From an uncultured Planctomycetota bacterium (GTDB lineage Bacteria > Planctomycetota > Planctomycetia > Isosphaerales > Isosphaeraceae), in assembly GCA_963823665.1 (NCBI GenBank), contig CAWGMQ010000003.1, forward strand, positions 672,001 through 736,000: a DNA stretch of 64,000 nt, read 5' to 3'. Shown here piece by piece: positions 45,207-56,175 of this stretch. Below the pieces are notes generated by a model. The model worked only from the letters and a program-made list of their open reading frames with translations, did no database searches and was not told the origin of the DNA. Numbering within the stretch: the first letter of the stretch is position 1; the number at the start of each line of letters is the position of its first letter. A program made the translations under genes and the position numbers.

Positions 45207-45547
45207 TGGCATTCTCGATGGCACTGCGGCGTGCCAGCAGTGCTTCACGCGAGATGCGCGGTCGCTCGGTCTCGATCTTCGCCCTCAGGGCCTTGGACTC
45301 GGCTTCTCGAGTCTTCAAATAGGCGCGCACTGCGTCGCGGTGCCGGAGGTAATACGCGATGACGTCATGGACGTCGGCGAGCACCAATGTGTCGTAAACG
45401 CGGACGATGTCTTCCGGCGTCATGCCGTTCTCGTATTGCTCGACGACCAGGTCGAGGCTGATCCGACTTTTGCCGACGCGCACGGCGCCCCCCTCGTCTA
45501 CTCGGAGCGGAGGCGGGTCGGCATGGAAAGGAAGCAACTCGTTCAGT
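45187..45547 (-). CDS. DUF433 antitoxin-like protein (start approximate)
   Basis: PLRVDEGGAVRVGKSRISLDLVVEQYENGMTPEDIVRVYDTLVLADVHDVIAYYL. Overlaps the DUF5615 gene. Confidence 0.8.
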
Positions 45548-46151
45548 TCACGCTCGTTCGTAGCCCAAGACTCGCCGACATTCAGCCGTTGGGGTCTATC
45601 GTGCGCCTCTGTTAACACTATACACCAAGGCGGTTGGCGACGGTATTTCGGATGGGCGCCGCGCGAAGCTGCGGGCAGGTAAGCGCCCGCCTGGTTCGGC
45701 GCAACCTCAAGAGCGGTTCCTGACGCCTTTGGCCGACTCATAAAGCGCTTGTTTGTGTTGCTCTGCGGTCAGGAGCGGCTCGCCGTCGCCTACAATCCTC
45801 TGAAAAAGTTCAATGGGCACGAAACACGAGCTCGGCCAGTCGCCCAGCTTCCTGCGCCAAACGCAAGGCCTCCACCTGTTTCCAGACGCCGGGATAAATC
45901 CGGTTAAGGTGTTGCAACGTCTGTCAAGGACGATCGCAAATGTCGCTCGTGATCGCGACCCAGGGAAGGCTGGGCAGGTCGGTGCCGGCCTCACACGAAA
46001 CCGAAAACTCGGCCCGGTGGCGATATTTTCGCGCGAACTTCAGGAAGTTCCATAAGGGCAGGTCGTAGCGGGTGGCTGCGCGGGCGTCCGGTTGACGGTT
46101 AAGCGCCCTCGCCGAATGGGTTTCCCGTGTTGCATTCGATCTCCGTTTACC

Positions 46152-47779
46152 TGTCTTGGTTCACCGTGAAATGGAATTTCGTCCGATTGGCGTAAATGAA
46201 TGGGGAACGGCATCGTGGCCTGGATGTCGCGGCATCGTGCCGCGAAGGTTTGTCGCATTGGTGCCAATCCCGGAGCTGTCGTGCTGCGATCGAGGAGAGA
46301 GCGCAGAGCCGAGGTATGCTCGGCTCTGGCTCCGGTCTTGGCCCCTGGCTCGGCGCTCGGGGTGCTCCTCAGCAGTGCCCTATCCTCCGCCCAGGTCAAC
46401 ATCGTTTGTAGCTCGTCCGCGATCTTCACGCAACCTCTTGTGACCCGTGTCTAACTGTTGCTCGACGCTCGCGCGCCTCCTCCAGCTTGCGGTCACGCTC
46501 AGCGAAGATTTCTTTTTCCAGCCCGATCAACTTGTCGGCTGGGGTCAAATAACCTAACGCGCTATGCAACCGTATATTATTATAGTGATCCACATATGAT
46601 GCAATTCGACGTAGAGCCTCATCGAACGAAGACACCGCCGCTGGCCGTACGCACTCGCGTTTCAAACTGCCGTGCCAGCGCTCAAGCTTTCCGTTCGATT
46701 GCGGATAATACGGGCTCGTCCGAACGTGCGTTATGCCCGTCAGCCGGATGAATTCCTTGAAATCCCGGGCAATGAACTGCGGGCCATTGTCACTGATGAT
46801 CCGTGGCTTTTCTCCTGGATGCCGCTCCAACGCCCGCTGGATGATTGTCTCGACTTCGCGCTCGGTCATGCTCTCACGAATCTCCCAGTGCACAATGTAT
46901 CGGCTGCAACCGTCCAGCACGCTCGTCAGGTAGTAAAACGTCCCCGAGACGTTGATGTAAGAGATGTCCACATGCCAGTGTTCATGAGGCACCAGTGGTT
47001 GCACGAAGCCGGTTCCCTTCTTCGACGGTGAGAACCGCCTGCGATCGAGCCGGTTCGCTTGCTTGAGCACGCGATAGACGCTCGCTGGGCTGACGGCCAC
47101 CACGTCGTCGTCGAGCATCATGAAGGTCAAGCGGCGATATCCTTCGAGAGGATGGCGATCGTGAAAATCGACGATGGCTCGTTTTTCCCAGTCCTCGAGC
47201 CACCAATCGCGCGGGACCTTGCCGTTGTGCTCGTTGACTTTGCCGTAACGGTGCTTCCAGTCGTGGAACTTACTTGTGCCCAGGCCGAGCCAACTCAGGA
47301 GCTGACGAGCCGGAAGCTCCGTGCGGTCGACCCAATGCTTGACGTAGTCGACGACCTGGTCACGCGTGTCGTGGGGAACCCAGGCTCCGTTCAGAGTTCC
47401 CCAAGTTCTTTTTTTAGCTGGACGTGCTCCTGCATCAGCTCGGCGATGACCTCGTTCTTCTTGACGAGACTGGATTGGAGCCGCTCGACGAGCTTCGCTT
47501 GAAGCCGCTCTGCGCGGGGCGGACGGCCTGCTGCGCGCTCCAAAGCATGCTCGGCCTGGTCGAGTACCTGCTTAATCCAGTTGTGGATCTGGCTGGGTTG
47601 AAGGCCGAACTCATCGGCCAAGTTGGAAACAGGCTCTTTGCCACTGATATGGCGACGGACGATTTGAGCCTTTTGCGGCGCTGAGAAATGCCGGCGCGAC
47701 TGTCTCATGGAACTCACCTCCGATAGGGTTAATTATAACCCAACCGGCGCGACATTCTATTTTCAGGTGAGGCAGGACA
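46152..47779 (-). mobile_element. IS3-family insertion sequence (orfA 47391..47708, orfB 46426..~47394)
   Basis: Imperfect TIRs TGTCTTGGTTCACC / TGTCCTGCCTCACC. A7G slippery site at 47408..47415. DDE motifs WHVDI, SDNGPQF and SNGKLERW. No clear target duplication. Confidence 0.92.
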
Positions 47780-48133
47780 GTTGCACCCACCGAAGAACCA
47801 ACACCTTTACACGGCGCACACTAATCGCGTCCCGGTTTCCGTCCCCTTGGCGAATCCACGCTTGCGCGTTGGAGTTGAATTACTGGCAGTCGGCAACGTC
47901 TCGACTGAAGGTCATGTCGAACTCGATCAGTCGTGTTCTTTGGTAGCCCGTGCTTCAGTGTGCGCGAACCGATCTTGCCATGCGGGATGCTTAGTTCCGT
48001 GATCCGGTGGCCAGTCTTGTAGTTAAGCTCCTGTGCGAAACGATGGGCGCAATCTTCTGCATCGGCGGCGGGCTCTGGGTCGGCTTTTCTGCGATTTCGA
48101 GAGGATGGCATGGAGGCAGACAAGGCGCAATGC

Positions 48134-49978
48134 TTAGGGTATGAAGCCCTTGCGTCCCTTGCCATCGCTGCCCGTGAAACGATACCCCGGCAACAGGTCA
48201 ATGATATTCGCCGGGGGCTCTTTGTTCTCGAAAATGATGACCTGAAATATCGGGGGGATCTGCAGCAATGATTCGAAGAAGCCAATTTTTATATCTTCTG
48301 ACACCTCCATGTAGTCCTTTTCTTTATAGGACGTTAGTGGAGAGTCGAGCATGACTAAGCCGGAGTGACTCAGTGGACTATGGCTGCAACGGGTCATTAC
48401 GCCGAGAGTGAAAGCCGAATGCAGGACGGCCCGGATGCCCTTTCCACGATTTCGTCGCGGCTCGCCTCTTACCACCAGATCCATCTCATCATCGAACGTC
48501 ACAGATCCGTCTTTCATATACCGCCAGGCTCGCAGGATTTCGGCTACCTCGGCGGCGAGGTGGTAAAGGTTCCCTGGATCGGGATTGGGTGATGGCCGCG
48601 GCGCAGCGCCCTTGCGTTTTTGTCTCGGCTCCTTGCCGATCGCCAAATGCCGATCGCTGAGCATAGCTAGCCGGTCAACCGCGGACTTTTGAGCGACCAG
48701 CTCTCCTCTGAGTTCGACCAGTTCCGCCAACTCCTTTTTGTCCTCTACGAGTCGGGGTTCCAACTCATGGCGAATGGATTTCTCGGCTTCGGAAATCGCC
48801 CTGTCGTGTTGAGATAGATGCGTACCCAACTCGCCACGCTCGCCTGACAGCGACTTCATTGTGTCTTCGAGGTCGCGGAGATTGGCGGCGATCTTCTCGA
48901 CTTCTTCGGCTGCCGCCTCCTGGATGCTGCCGTTGGCGGCTTCTTCCTTGAGCCTATCGACCGAATGTTGCTCCAGTGGATCGCCACAGAACGGGCAATG
49001 GGGCAGACCGAGCTGGGCCAGAAAGAAGTCTCCCTCGGCGATGAATTGCAGCCGGTCCATATCCGACTTGTAGTGCCGTCGCAATTGCGCGAAGCGATCC
49101 TGCAACTGGCCGATGACCGCGAGCCTGGTTCTTGCCTTCTGGGCACCCTCCCAGCTCCTTTGTCTGGTTCCCATCATGGTCGAGATGATCTGGCTACTTT
49201 CCTCGATTTTGGAGTTAACCATTACGATGCGGACATCAATTGCGGCTATCTTTTCGGCGAACTGAGAGGATGGCGGCGGATCTTCTCCGACTTCCGTTCT
49301 GAGTTCTGTGATCAGTTGCTCATAGAGCTCGTTCTTGCCTCGCCACGTTGCCCTTTCAATCTTCGTATCCGGGGCAGCGATCACCCCTTTCCAGTCCTGT
49401 CCTGAAATCAGGTAGGAGAAGGTCGCCAATTCTGCGGTAAGCGAATCGCGTTGCCCCGTTGGGTATACCGGTGGAAGTTCGGCAATGATACGCACCTCAT
49501 CGACGAACGTGATGTGCGCGACGTCCCTGAAACTGATGGAGCGGGTCAGCCCCTTTTCCTTGCCTATCAATATGATAGCTTTGTCCAGGCCTGAAGCAGC
49601 CAATAACATATGAGAGATAGTGTCGGTTCGGTCGTGCTTGTGCTCGGCAAGCAGCGTTTTGCTATCGGTGATCTCCCAGGAATCAGGCTCTACGGAATGG
49701 AGATTAAATTCGCCACCCCGGATTCCTCGTTCGAGGATGAATCGTTCGCGCGTGTTTCTCAAGGTGATGGCGAGCCATCCCGACTCATAACCATTTAGTT
49801 CCGCAATTCTCTTGGGCGGCTTCGATCCGCCGAGCATGAAATCTATGGAAGAAAATATAAAGCTTTTTCCAGTTTCTGATGCGCCCCAGATAACATTCAA
49901 TCCGGGCTCGAAATGAACTTCGGCCGGTTTTACTTTCGGGCCAGTCAATCGCAACCAGTTGAGGATGAAGCCATTCAT
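48134..49978 (-). CDS. ABC-three-component (Lamassu-type) SMC-like ABC ATPase
   Basis: Walker A GASETGKS, coiled coils with a CPFC zinc hook, GKGIRAV signature and LVMLDSP Walker B. ATGA overlap with the upstream gene. Confidence 0.85.
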   Translation of the reverse strand: MNGFILNWLRLTGPKVKPAEVHFEPGLNVIWGASETGKSFIFSSIDFMLGGSKPPKRIAELNGYESGWLAITLRNTRERFILERGIRGGEFNLHSVEPDSWEITDSKTLLAEHKHDRTDTISHMLLAASGLDKAIILIGKEKGLTRSISFRDVAHITFVDEVRIIAELPPVYPTGQRDSLTAELATFSYLISGQDWKGVIAAPDTKIERATWRGKNELYEQLITELRTEVGEDPPPSSQFAEKIAAIDVRIVMVNSKIEESSQIISTMMGTRQRSWEGAQKARTRLAVIGQLQDRFAQLRRHYKSDMDRLQFIAEGDFFLAQLGLPHCPFCGDPLEQHSVDRLKEEAANGSIQEAAAEEVEKIAANLRDLEDTMKSLSGERGELGTHLSQHDRAISEAEKSIRHELEPRLVEDKKELAELVELRGELVAQKSAVDRLAMLSDRHLAIGKEPRQKRKGAAPRPSPNPDPGNLYHLAAEVAEILRAWRYMKDGSVTFDDEMDLVVRGEPRRNRGKGIRAVLHSAFTLGVMTRCSHSPLSHSGLVMLDSPLTSYKEKDYMEVSEDIKIGFFESLLQIPPIFQVIIFENKEPPANIIDLLPGYRFTGSDGKGRKGFIP

Positions 49979-50475
49979 TCGACTTCCTCCCACAGCCACG
50001 ATTCTCGGGTGAATTCAGTGCCCCAGCGACCGAGGTTCTCGCGGATGAATCCTCTCAGTTCGTCGTCGGATAGCGGTTGGAAGCGTTGTGAGATCCACTT
50101 GCTGATCTCGCCGCATCGCACTGCGTAAGCGGACTGGAAATAGCCGAGGACAGGCTTGGCGTGCGACGTAGCTTCGAAGAGAATCCCTTTGGGCGTGAAG
50201 GACTTCGTCACCAAACCTTTACGGATCATTAGTTGGAGGCCATGACCAACGAGGTTCCGGCGAACCAGTAGCTCTCCGGACCGGAGCGGTGTCGCCGGGT
50301 GCAACGACGCCGGACCCGATGGCACGTCCTCCGAATGAACAAGGAGATAATCGTAAATTACGAGCCTCTGCAGGTCACACGCGAGGGGATGCACAGCGTC
50401 GAGTACAAAGAGCGCGCGCAAGCCGGATTCGATGGGCGTGTTGAACAGGTTTTGAGCGGTAGGTGGTGTGCTCAT
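49975..50475 (-). CDS. ABC-three-component system middle component
   Basis: FNTPIESGLRALFVL...DLQRLVIYDYLLVHS...SLHP. Translationally coupled on both sides. Confidence 0.85.
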   Translation of the reverse strand: MSTPPTAQNLFNTPIESGLRALFVLDAVHPLACDLQRLVIYDYLLVHSEDVPSGPASLHPATPLRSGELLVRRNLVGHGLQLMIRKGLVTKSFTPKGILFEATSHAKPVLGYFQSAYAVRCGEISKWISQRFQPLSDDELRGFIRENLGRWGTEFTRESWLWEEVE

Positions 50476-51611
50476 TCCGGCACCCAGGTCAGTTTGTCGT
50501 CGTTGGCGAGCTGGTGACAAACCCCTTTCAGCACTTTCGTATTGACGTAGGATTGCAGAGGATGGTCCTGGACCACATAGTTCCCGGCGTGGTTAGTGAC
50601 GGCATCGACCCTCGCTAGTCCGTGGGCGTGTGACTTGTCCTCAGCGATATCGACGACCGCGTCGAAAACCTGGTCCTGCACCTGCTCGAAAGTGACCCCC
50701 TCGGGCAAGTTATCCCGGACATCCAGACGGAGCGTCTCAGCACAGAAATACCGTTCACGGGAACGCTCGAGATGCCTTTGCTGGCTGCCGTTCAACGTGG
50801 CCAGTGTGGTCGTATGCCCTGAATGATCCTGATAAGCACAAATCAGCTTTTCCACGTATCGCTGTTCGTGATCAGCGATCGTGGCGGGCGGCTTAAGCTC
50901 CGGCGAGCGTTCAATAACTAGGCCGCCGCCGAATCTTGGAGCATATCTGATCGTGGTTTTGTGCTCGGCTATAACCTCGTGAATGGGCTTGTAGGAAATA
51001 ACGGCGAAATTGAAATTCTTGACATGATCCAACAAATCCCCTTCGAGCTTGATTGGCAACGTCTTCGTGATGCTCTCCGCAATCCTTTCAGCCCAAACGC
51101 TCATTACCTTGGCACGAAGCGTTTCGGGTCGTTCGAACAACCGCCCTAATTCGGGGCCAACGTCATAGGGGCAGACAAATCTGTACAGCTCGGGCACGGC
51201 GAATGTCTTAATGAACGTATAGTAGAGCAGTTTGCCAATCTCGCCCCACACCTCCCCGGGCTGGAGTCCGTGCCCATAATGTTTGCACTGGAAAATGTCG
51301 AGCCTTCCGTTGCTTTCGACCGGGTCAAGATACCCGACGACGTCTCGGCCCATGTCTCCCGCTCCACCGAAGCGCCCGACTTGCACATACCGTTTATCCG
51401 CAAGTTGACCGCGATAGAATGCCCATTCCCGTATAAAGTTCTCGAATTCATCTTCTGAGTACCCTTTTACCCGCTGCTCCGGATCTACTGGGGGCCCATG
51501 CAAAATGTACTCGATCGGACAGGGGTTCTCCGGTGCTTTTGGCAATACCGGGGTAAACACTGGGAAACCCGTGACCGGCTTTGCGGCCTTTGACTTACTC
51601 ATGCCCGCCAT
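50472..51611 (-). CDS. ABC-three-component effector: PD-(D/E)xK/Mrr-like nuclease plus C-terminal domain
   Basis: EFENFIREW...GGAGDMGRDVV...IFQCKHY and C-terminal KGVCHQLANDDKLTW. Confidence 0.85.
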   Translation of the reverse strand: MAGMSKSKAAKPVTGFPVFTPVLPKAPENPCPIEYILHGPPVDPEQRVKGYSEDEFENFIREWAFYRGQLADKRYVQVGRFGGAGDMGRDVVGYLDPVESNGRLDIFQCKHYGHGLQPGEVWGEIGKLLYYTFIKTFAVPELYRFVCPYDVGPELGRLFERPETLRAKVMSVWAERIAESITKTLPIKLEGDLLDHVKNFNFAVISYKPIHEVIAEHKTTIRYAPRFGGGLVIERSPELKPPATIADHEQRYVEKLICAYQDHSGHTTTLATLNGSQQRHLERSRERYFCAETLRLDVRDNLPEGVTFEQVQDQVFDAVVDIAEDKSHAHGLARVDAVTNHAGNYVVQDHPLQSYVNTKVLKGVCHQLANDDKLTWVPE

Positions 51612-52350
51612 CCGATCGGACCCGTCTTTGCGTTGGTCCGCCTCGTTATACTGTTAAACAGGATGGAATCAAGCGTCGGACGCCGAAGTTGGCCGAGCGG
51701 TAATTCGGCGGCCGCCGAGGCGTTCGTTGAAGATTCCTGTGCAGCGACCATTTCAAGGTGTCGCGCATTCGCACAGGATTGCAGAACGGTCGGCCGGTGT
51801 CCAGGGGTTCACAAACGGAATGCAATCAGGTAGGTGAGCGTTGCCTCCGGTCGAATACATCAAGATTCCTTCGACGCTGTTCTCGCCACGACGTCGCTTA
51901 GCTCGTTGATTCCATGCCCATGATCTCGGCAGAGGTCAACCATACGGCAAGGAGGCTTGGCGAAGGCGCACTGGTCTCACGACTGACGGCAGACTCGATG
52001 TACCGAGCTGGCGGCAGCCCCATAAGGGAACCAAACAACGTTTCGTGACAGGTCTTCCTCGCACAAGAGAAACAGTCGTTTAATCGGATTCCGAGAAATC
52101 GATGCAATTGGCGATTCGGAACGAGTGAGAATTCAGCTACGGAAACCGACCTACCGATGTTTCCGTCAGTTCCGACGTTGGGTCGGGGGGCGCCGTTGAA
52201 ACGGCGTCGCTGCCAGATTACTATCGCGATTATACCGGAAGGGGATGAGCGAGCTTCCGTTGAACTCGTCCGTCAACGGCCAATCCCCCGACACGTCCAT
52301 CGCAAGGAGTGCGCCTTAGACCACGTCGCTGTGGTACGGTGAAGTCACAG

Positions 52351-53718
52351 ATGCCTGCCTTTATCAAGTACACTGTCTTTCTTTCTTCCACTCACGACGA
52401 CCTCAAGCAGGAGCGTGAACAGGTGGCTGATGCCATTCTGAAATTGGGTCATATCCCTTGTGGCATGGAACAGTTTTCCGCAGGTTCGGGTCGTGGCTGG
52501 AATGTCATTACGCAAACGATCGACATTTGTGACTACTACGTCCTAATAGTCGCGGGGAGGTACGGCACACTGTTTCCTGGCGAGACGGTGAGCTGGACGG
52601 AAAAGGAGTACAACTACGCGCGCAGCCGTGGCTTAGATCCGCTCGCGTTCGTGCGGCACAAAGAGCATATCATTGGTTCACGCATGGACGATGAGCCGTC
52701 CGCAATGAAGCGCCGACAGGCGTTCACCCGAAGAATAGACGACGAGTGCCGTCGCGAGCTTTGGACAACCAGTGACGACCTGTGCGTACGAGTAACGATG
52801 GCATTGACGAAGCAGATCGCCGACGATCAGCGACTTGGCAAGAACAAACCTGGATGGTTCCGAGGCGACGACCTTCCCGGAAATGCGCAGGTGACGAACG
52901 AGCTCGCGCGACTTTCAGCGGAGAATGCAGAGCTTAGAGCAGCTCTCGCGCGCGCTCTGAAACCGCTGAAGCCAAATCTAGTGATTCAGACGCGCCAGGG
53001 CGATCCCATTCCGGAGAAACTCGATCTCGAGCTCGTCGAGTATTCTCTGACTCAGCCGGAGCCAGTGATAGAAGCGGCGACAGACCAGGAAATCCTAAGG
53101 GATTGGCGCCGGAAAATGGCTGGTTCTGACCAAGCGGCAGAGCCAGTTCCCGAGGAAGAAATGGAGCGTCTGCGTCAAGCATCCAGGGCACGAGCTCTAA
53201 AAGCTGAGGATAGGGCGCGGCGGCTTGGCGAATGGGCGGGCGAGCTTTCTCGCCTGTTCTGGATCCGCCTGCAAGTCGCAAATCTGGGTCCAGTTCCAGC
53301 TCGGGACGTTCGGGTTCGAATCGCTGTCTCTCCAAGTGAGTTTGTCGCCTTTGGTCCACTGAACGGTTTTAGTGCCTACAATCCCTCGATAGGGATTACG
53401 GATGACCAGAAGGCTGACGGCATCGGCTCGGTGCTGACAGTGTCTGATTCGGAAGCTGAGGAGACAGTGTTTTTGCACACGCTAGTCAGCGTGGGGGTTG
53501 AACGTACGGAGTTGCTTTGGGCCATGGGCTTCTTGTCCAGCGGCGATCTCGTTGCAGGCCACATTGTGTCGGTAAGTGTTAGCATCGATGAGGAATCAGG
53601 CGTGAGGACCGACGGACATTTTCAGATGCGATTGTTCAAGGGTGCAACCTGGTTCGGTGATGGTTCAGCAATTCGCGATCATGCTGATAGTTCTAGGGCA
53701 ATGTTGAAAAAGCAGTGA
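52351..53718 (+). CDS. DUF4062 domain protein with coiled coil and unknown C-terminal domain
   Basis: YTVFLSSTHDDLKQERE...GMEQF...IDICDYYVLIVAGRYG...SWTEKEYNYA. Confidence 0.85.
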   Translation: MPAFIKYTVFLSSTHDDLKQEREQVADAILKLGHIPCGMEQFSAGSGRGWNVITQTIDICDYYVLIVAGRYGTLFPGETVSWTEKEYNYARSRGLDPLAFVRHKEHIIGSRMDDEPSAMKRRQAFTRRIDDECRRELWTTSDDLCVRVTMALTKQIADDQRLGKNKPGWFRGDDLPGNAQVTNELARLSAENAELRAALARALKPLKPNLVIQTRQGDPIPEKLDLELVEYSLTQPEPVIEAATDQEILRDWRRKMAGSDQAAEPVPEEEMERLRQASRARALKAEDRARRLGEWAGELSRLFWIRLQVANLGPVPARDVRVRIAVSPSEFVAFGPLNGFSAYNPSIGITDDQKADGIGSVLTVSDSEAEETVFLHTLVSVGVERTELLWAMGFLSSGDLVAGHIVSVSVSIDEESGVRTDGHFQMRLFKGATWFGDGSAIRDHADSSRAMLKKQ

Positions 53719-54675
53719 GCACCGAGGCTCGTTCCGATGTGTGATCGTTCGCCGAACTTGACCGTTCACCGGTCGGATTCTGATGACACCCGCGTGATCA
53801 GTTGCAGAATGAAGCGGGACGGGGATGCACCCTGTCGGACTGAAGGACAACAATGGGCTTGGTCAGAATCAGTTTCTTCCCTTAGTCCTTGCGGGACTAG
53901 GACGCGCGACGAATCATCAAAACAAAGTCGGCCCGAGCGTGAGGTCGCTCCCATCTTCCAGCACACCACGCAGTGGCTCCCGAGGCTTTCGTATGCGGTT
54001 TGGACGAGGGGAATCGACTTGCGTAAGACGCGGCCCGGCGGAATAGGGCCGTGGTAAGCGACGGCCCCAGCAGTCACGCGTGTCGGGACGACAACCTGCT
54101 GCTTGGCGGCCCGCAACGAGTGCCTCGCCCTCTGGGCGAGGGTCGGGTCGAAAACAGCTCGGTCGAGGTAGGCCGTTGCCAGCGGCCGTCGCGAAGGAGT
54201 TGTCCAAGTTGTTTTACGGTCATCTCGCGGATATCCGCGATGAGCCCGAACTGGCGGGCAAGGCGCGTCGAGCTCCCCGATGTCCGTACCGCCCGGATCC
54301 ATACGCGCGTGCCGTTCGAGGGTGCTCTCCCCGATGTTCTGGCCGTGCGCCGCCAAGACCATCCGCAAACAGGCCGGGCGGCACTGAGGATCATTTCCTC
54401 TTCCTGGTCGATTTTGGGCTGTCGCGACCGACGGTCTGCCTCGACCACCTTGGTCCGCGATTGTTCATTTACCTTTCTTACCACCGGAGACCCTCCCCAC
54501 CGTGGCCGACTCACGGCAGCGGGCGTGCTACGACACAGCCGCGTTGCACGCGCCTGCGTTGCAGAATTCAGGAATACGGCGCCGGCCTTCGTACGTCAAC
54601 CATCAACACCAACGGGGGTTCCGGGGCACCATGCCTGATTCCCGGCGTTACCTCTGATTCCCTTAATCCGTGTGA

Positions 54676-56098
54676 GTAAGGACGCGAGACGAATCTACAA
54701 AACGAACTTGGGGGGCGAAATCCGAACTTCGAATTACGAAATTCGAAGAGAAGGCACCAGCGGCGAGTTTTGAAAACGAACCGCCCGTTAGAGGGGGAGG
54801 GCTGGGGCGGGCGGGGGAGAACGAAGGACCGGAATCCGCGCAGAGGACGGAGCGCGGAGGAATCTCGCTCGAAATGGACGAATACTACATTTATTGCGCA
54901 AATGGATCGGGGCGTTTGTAGATCATCTAGATAGGAGCCGAGCGTGCGCGCGCCGGCGGGCGGTGCGGGCCTCGGACACCCAGGGCGATGCATTGGACAC
55001 CCAGGGCGTTGCCCTGGACACCCAGGGCGTTGCCCTCGGCTTTGTTGTTGTGGCCTTTCAGGCCGGGGACGAGAATGCAAATGACCGGAGGATGTTGTGA
55101 AAGTGTGTAATTTCGACTTGCGTTTGCACTCGCTTGTGGCGTTTGGATCCGGATGTGGGAGGGAGGAAATTGTCAGGCCAAAGACTGGCCTACTTCGGGC
55201 GGCTGCGTCCGGCACGCGGGCGCGGGTTGGTGCGGAATGTGACGAACGAACCTAACTCAGCTCAGGTGGCTGGAGATGCGTAACTCGGAATTAGAGTGAA
55301 GGTTGGATCACGAAAACACCCGTGAACGGGGACTTGACAACGTGGCTGGATTCCGCGAACGAACCCAAACTCGGCTGTCTCATGTCGACTTGCATTCGGC
55401 GCAGATGTGGGCACGCAGAGACCATCAGGCTCCGCATTCATCCCTATCCATTCGTTGCGAGAACTGAGCATGAGTCTAGCGTCATCGAGCGAAGTTGCAC
55501 CTCGCTGCGGAAGACGGTCATCGGCCGCTGCTGAAAGCGGCCAATTTACACTACTGTACGGATGCTGGAAGGTCCTCCGGATATTGCCACTTATTGCCAT
55601 TTTTCGATCGCGAGAACTGTCTTCCGGCGCGGGGACTGTCGCTCCGTATCTCAATTGTGGATCAAATGATCGGACATGGCGTGTGTGCATCTACACGATT
55701 CGAAAGTACTCGTGGCAATGGTCACGCAAAATTGCCACAACGATAAGGCCGCGTTGTTCACTATGTTTGAATGGCTTTTTTCGATGCGGAAACCACGCGC
55801 GAACGGCGCCCACGGAGATGAGGCGGGACTATCAGGCGACACGGAAACAGAAACCGCGGCGAGAAGCTCGGTTGTGCGGTGTTCCTTCGACGCGTCAGAT
55901 AAGAATCTGAACCACGGATTACACTGAGGTCTCGGATGAGGGACGGGGGGACGAGAGATGTTGGATCTTGGACTCGAAAATTTAATGCCTGAGACGAGGG
56001 AGGTGGACGAAGCGCGGATCCGAGTGGCCGGTACTGACTGGGTATTTTCCCCTAATCCTTGCGACGTAAGGACGCGCGGCGAATCTACAAAACGAACT
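54676..56098 (+). repeat. Pair of 33-bp direct repeats (54676..54708 and 56066..56098)
   Basis: gtaaggacgcgagacgaatctacaaaacgaact versus gtaaggacgcgcggcgaatctacaaaacgaact (31/33), with similar upstream flanks. Confidence 0.8.
54974..55036 (+). repeat. 3 x 21-bp tandem repeat containing a REP-like palindrome
   Basis: ggacacccagggcgatgcatt / ggacacccagggcgttgccct / ggacacccagggcgttgccct. The core CCAGGGC-GTT-GCCCTGG can form a hairpin. Confidence 0.85.
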
Positions 56099-56175
56099 CG
56101 CGGACGAGCGGGTGTTCGTCCTGGGGCATCCGGGGGATCGATCGTGTTTTCTTTTTTCGGAGGCGCAGACGGCGG

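Noticed and set aside
45715..45730. GGTTCCTGACGCCTTT motif resembling a planctomycete repeat I recall near RAYT genes
   Set aside because: There is only one copy in the window, so it cannot be supported from the sequence alone.
46040..46429. 129-aa ORF downstream of IS3 orfB as passenger gene
   Set aside because: It runs through the right IR into flanking DNA and has no protein-like features.
54051..54679. Overlapping 195-200 aa ORFs
   Set aside because: Arg/Pro-rich shadow-like translations with no family recognised; a decayed gene cannot be excluded.
54974..55036. Possible CRISPR array
   Set aside because: The repeats are directly tandem with no spacers, and no cas genes are in the window.
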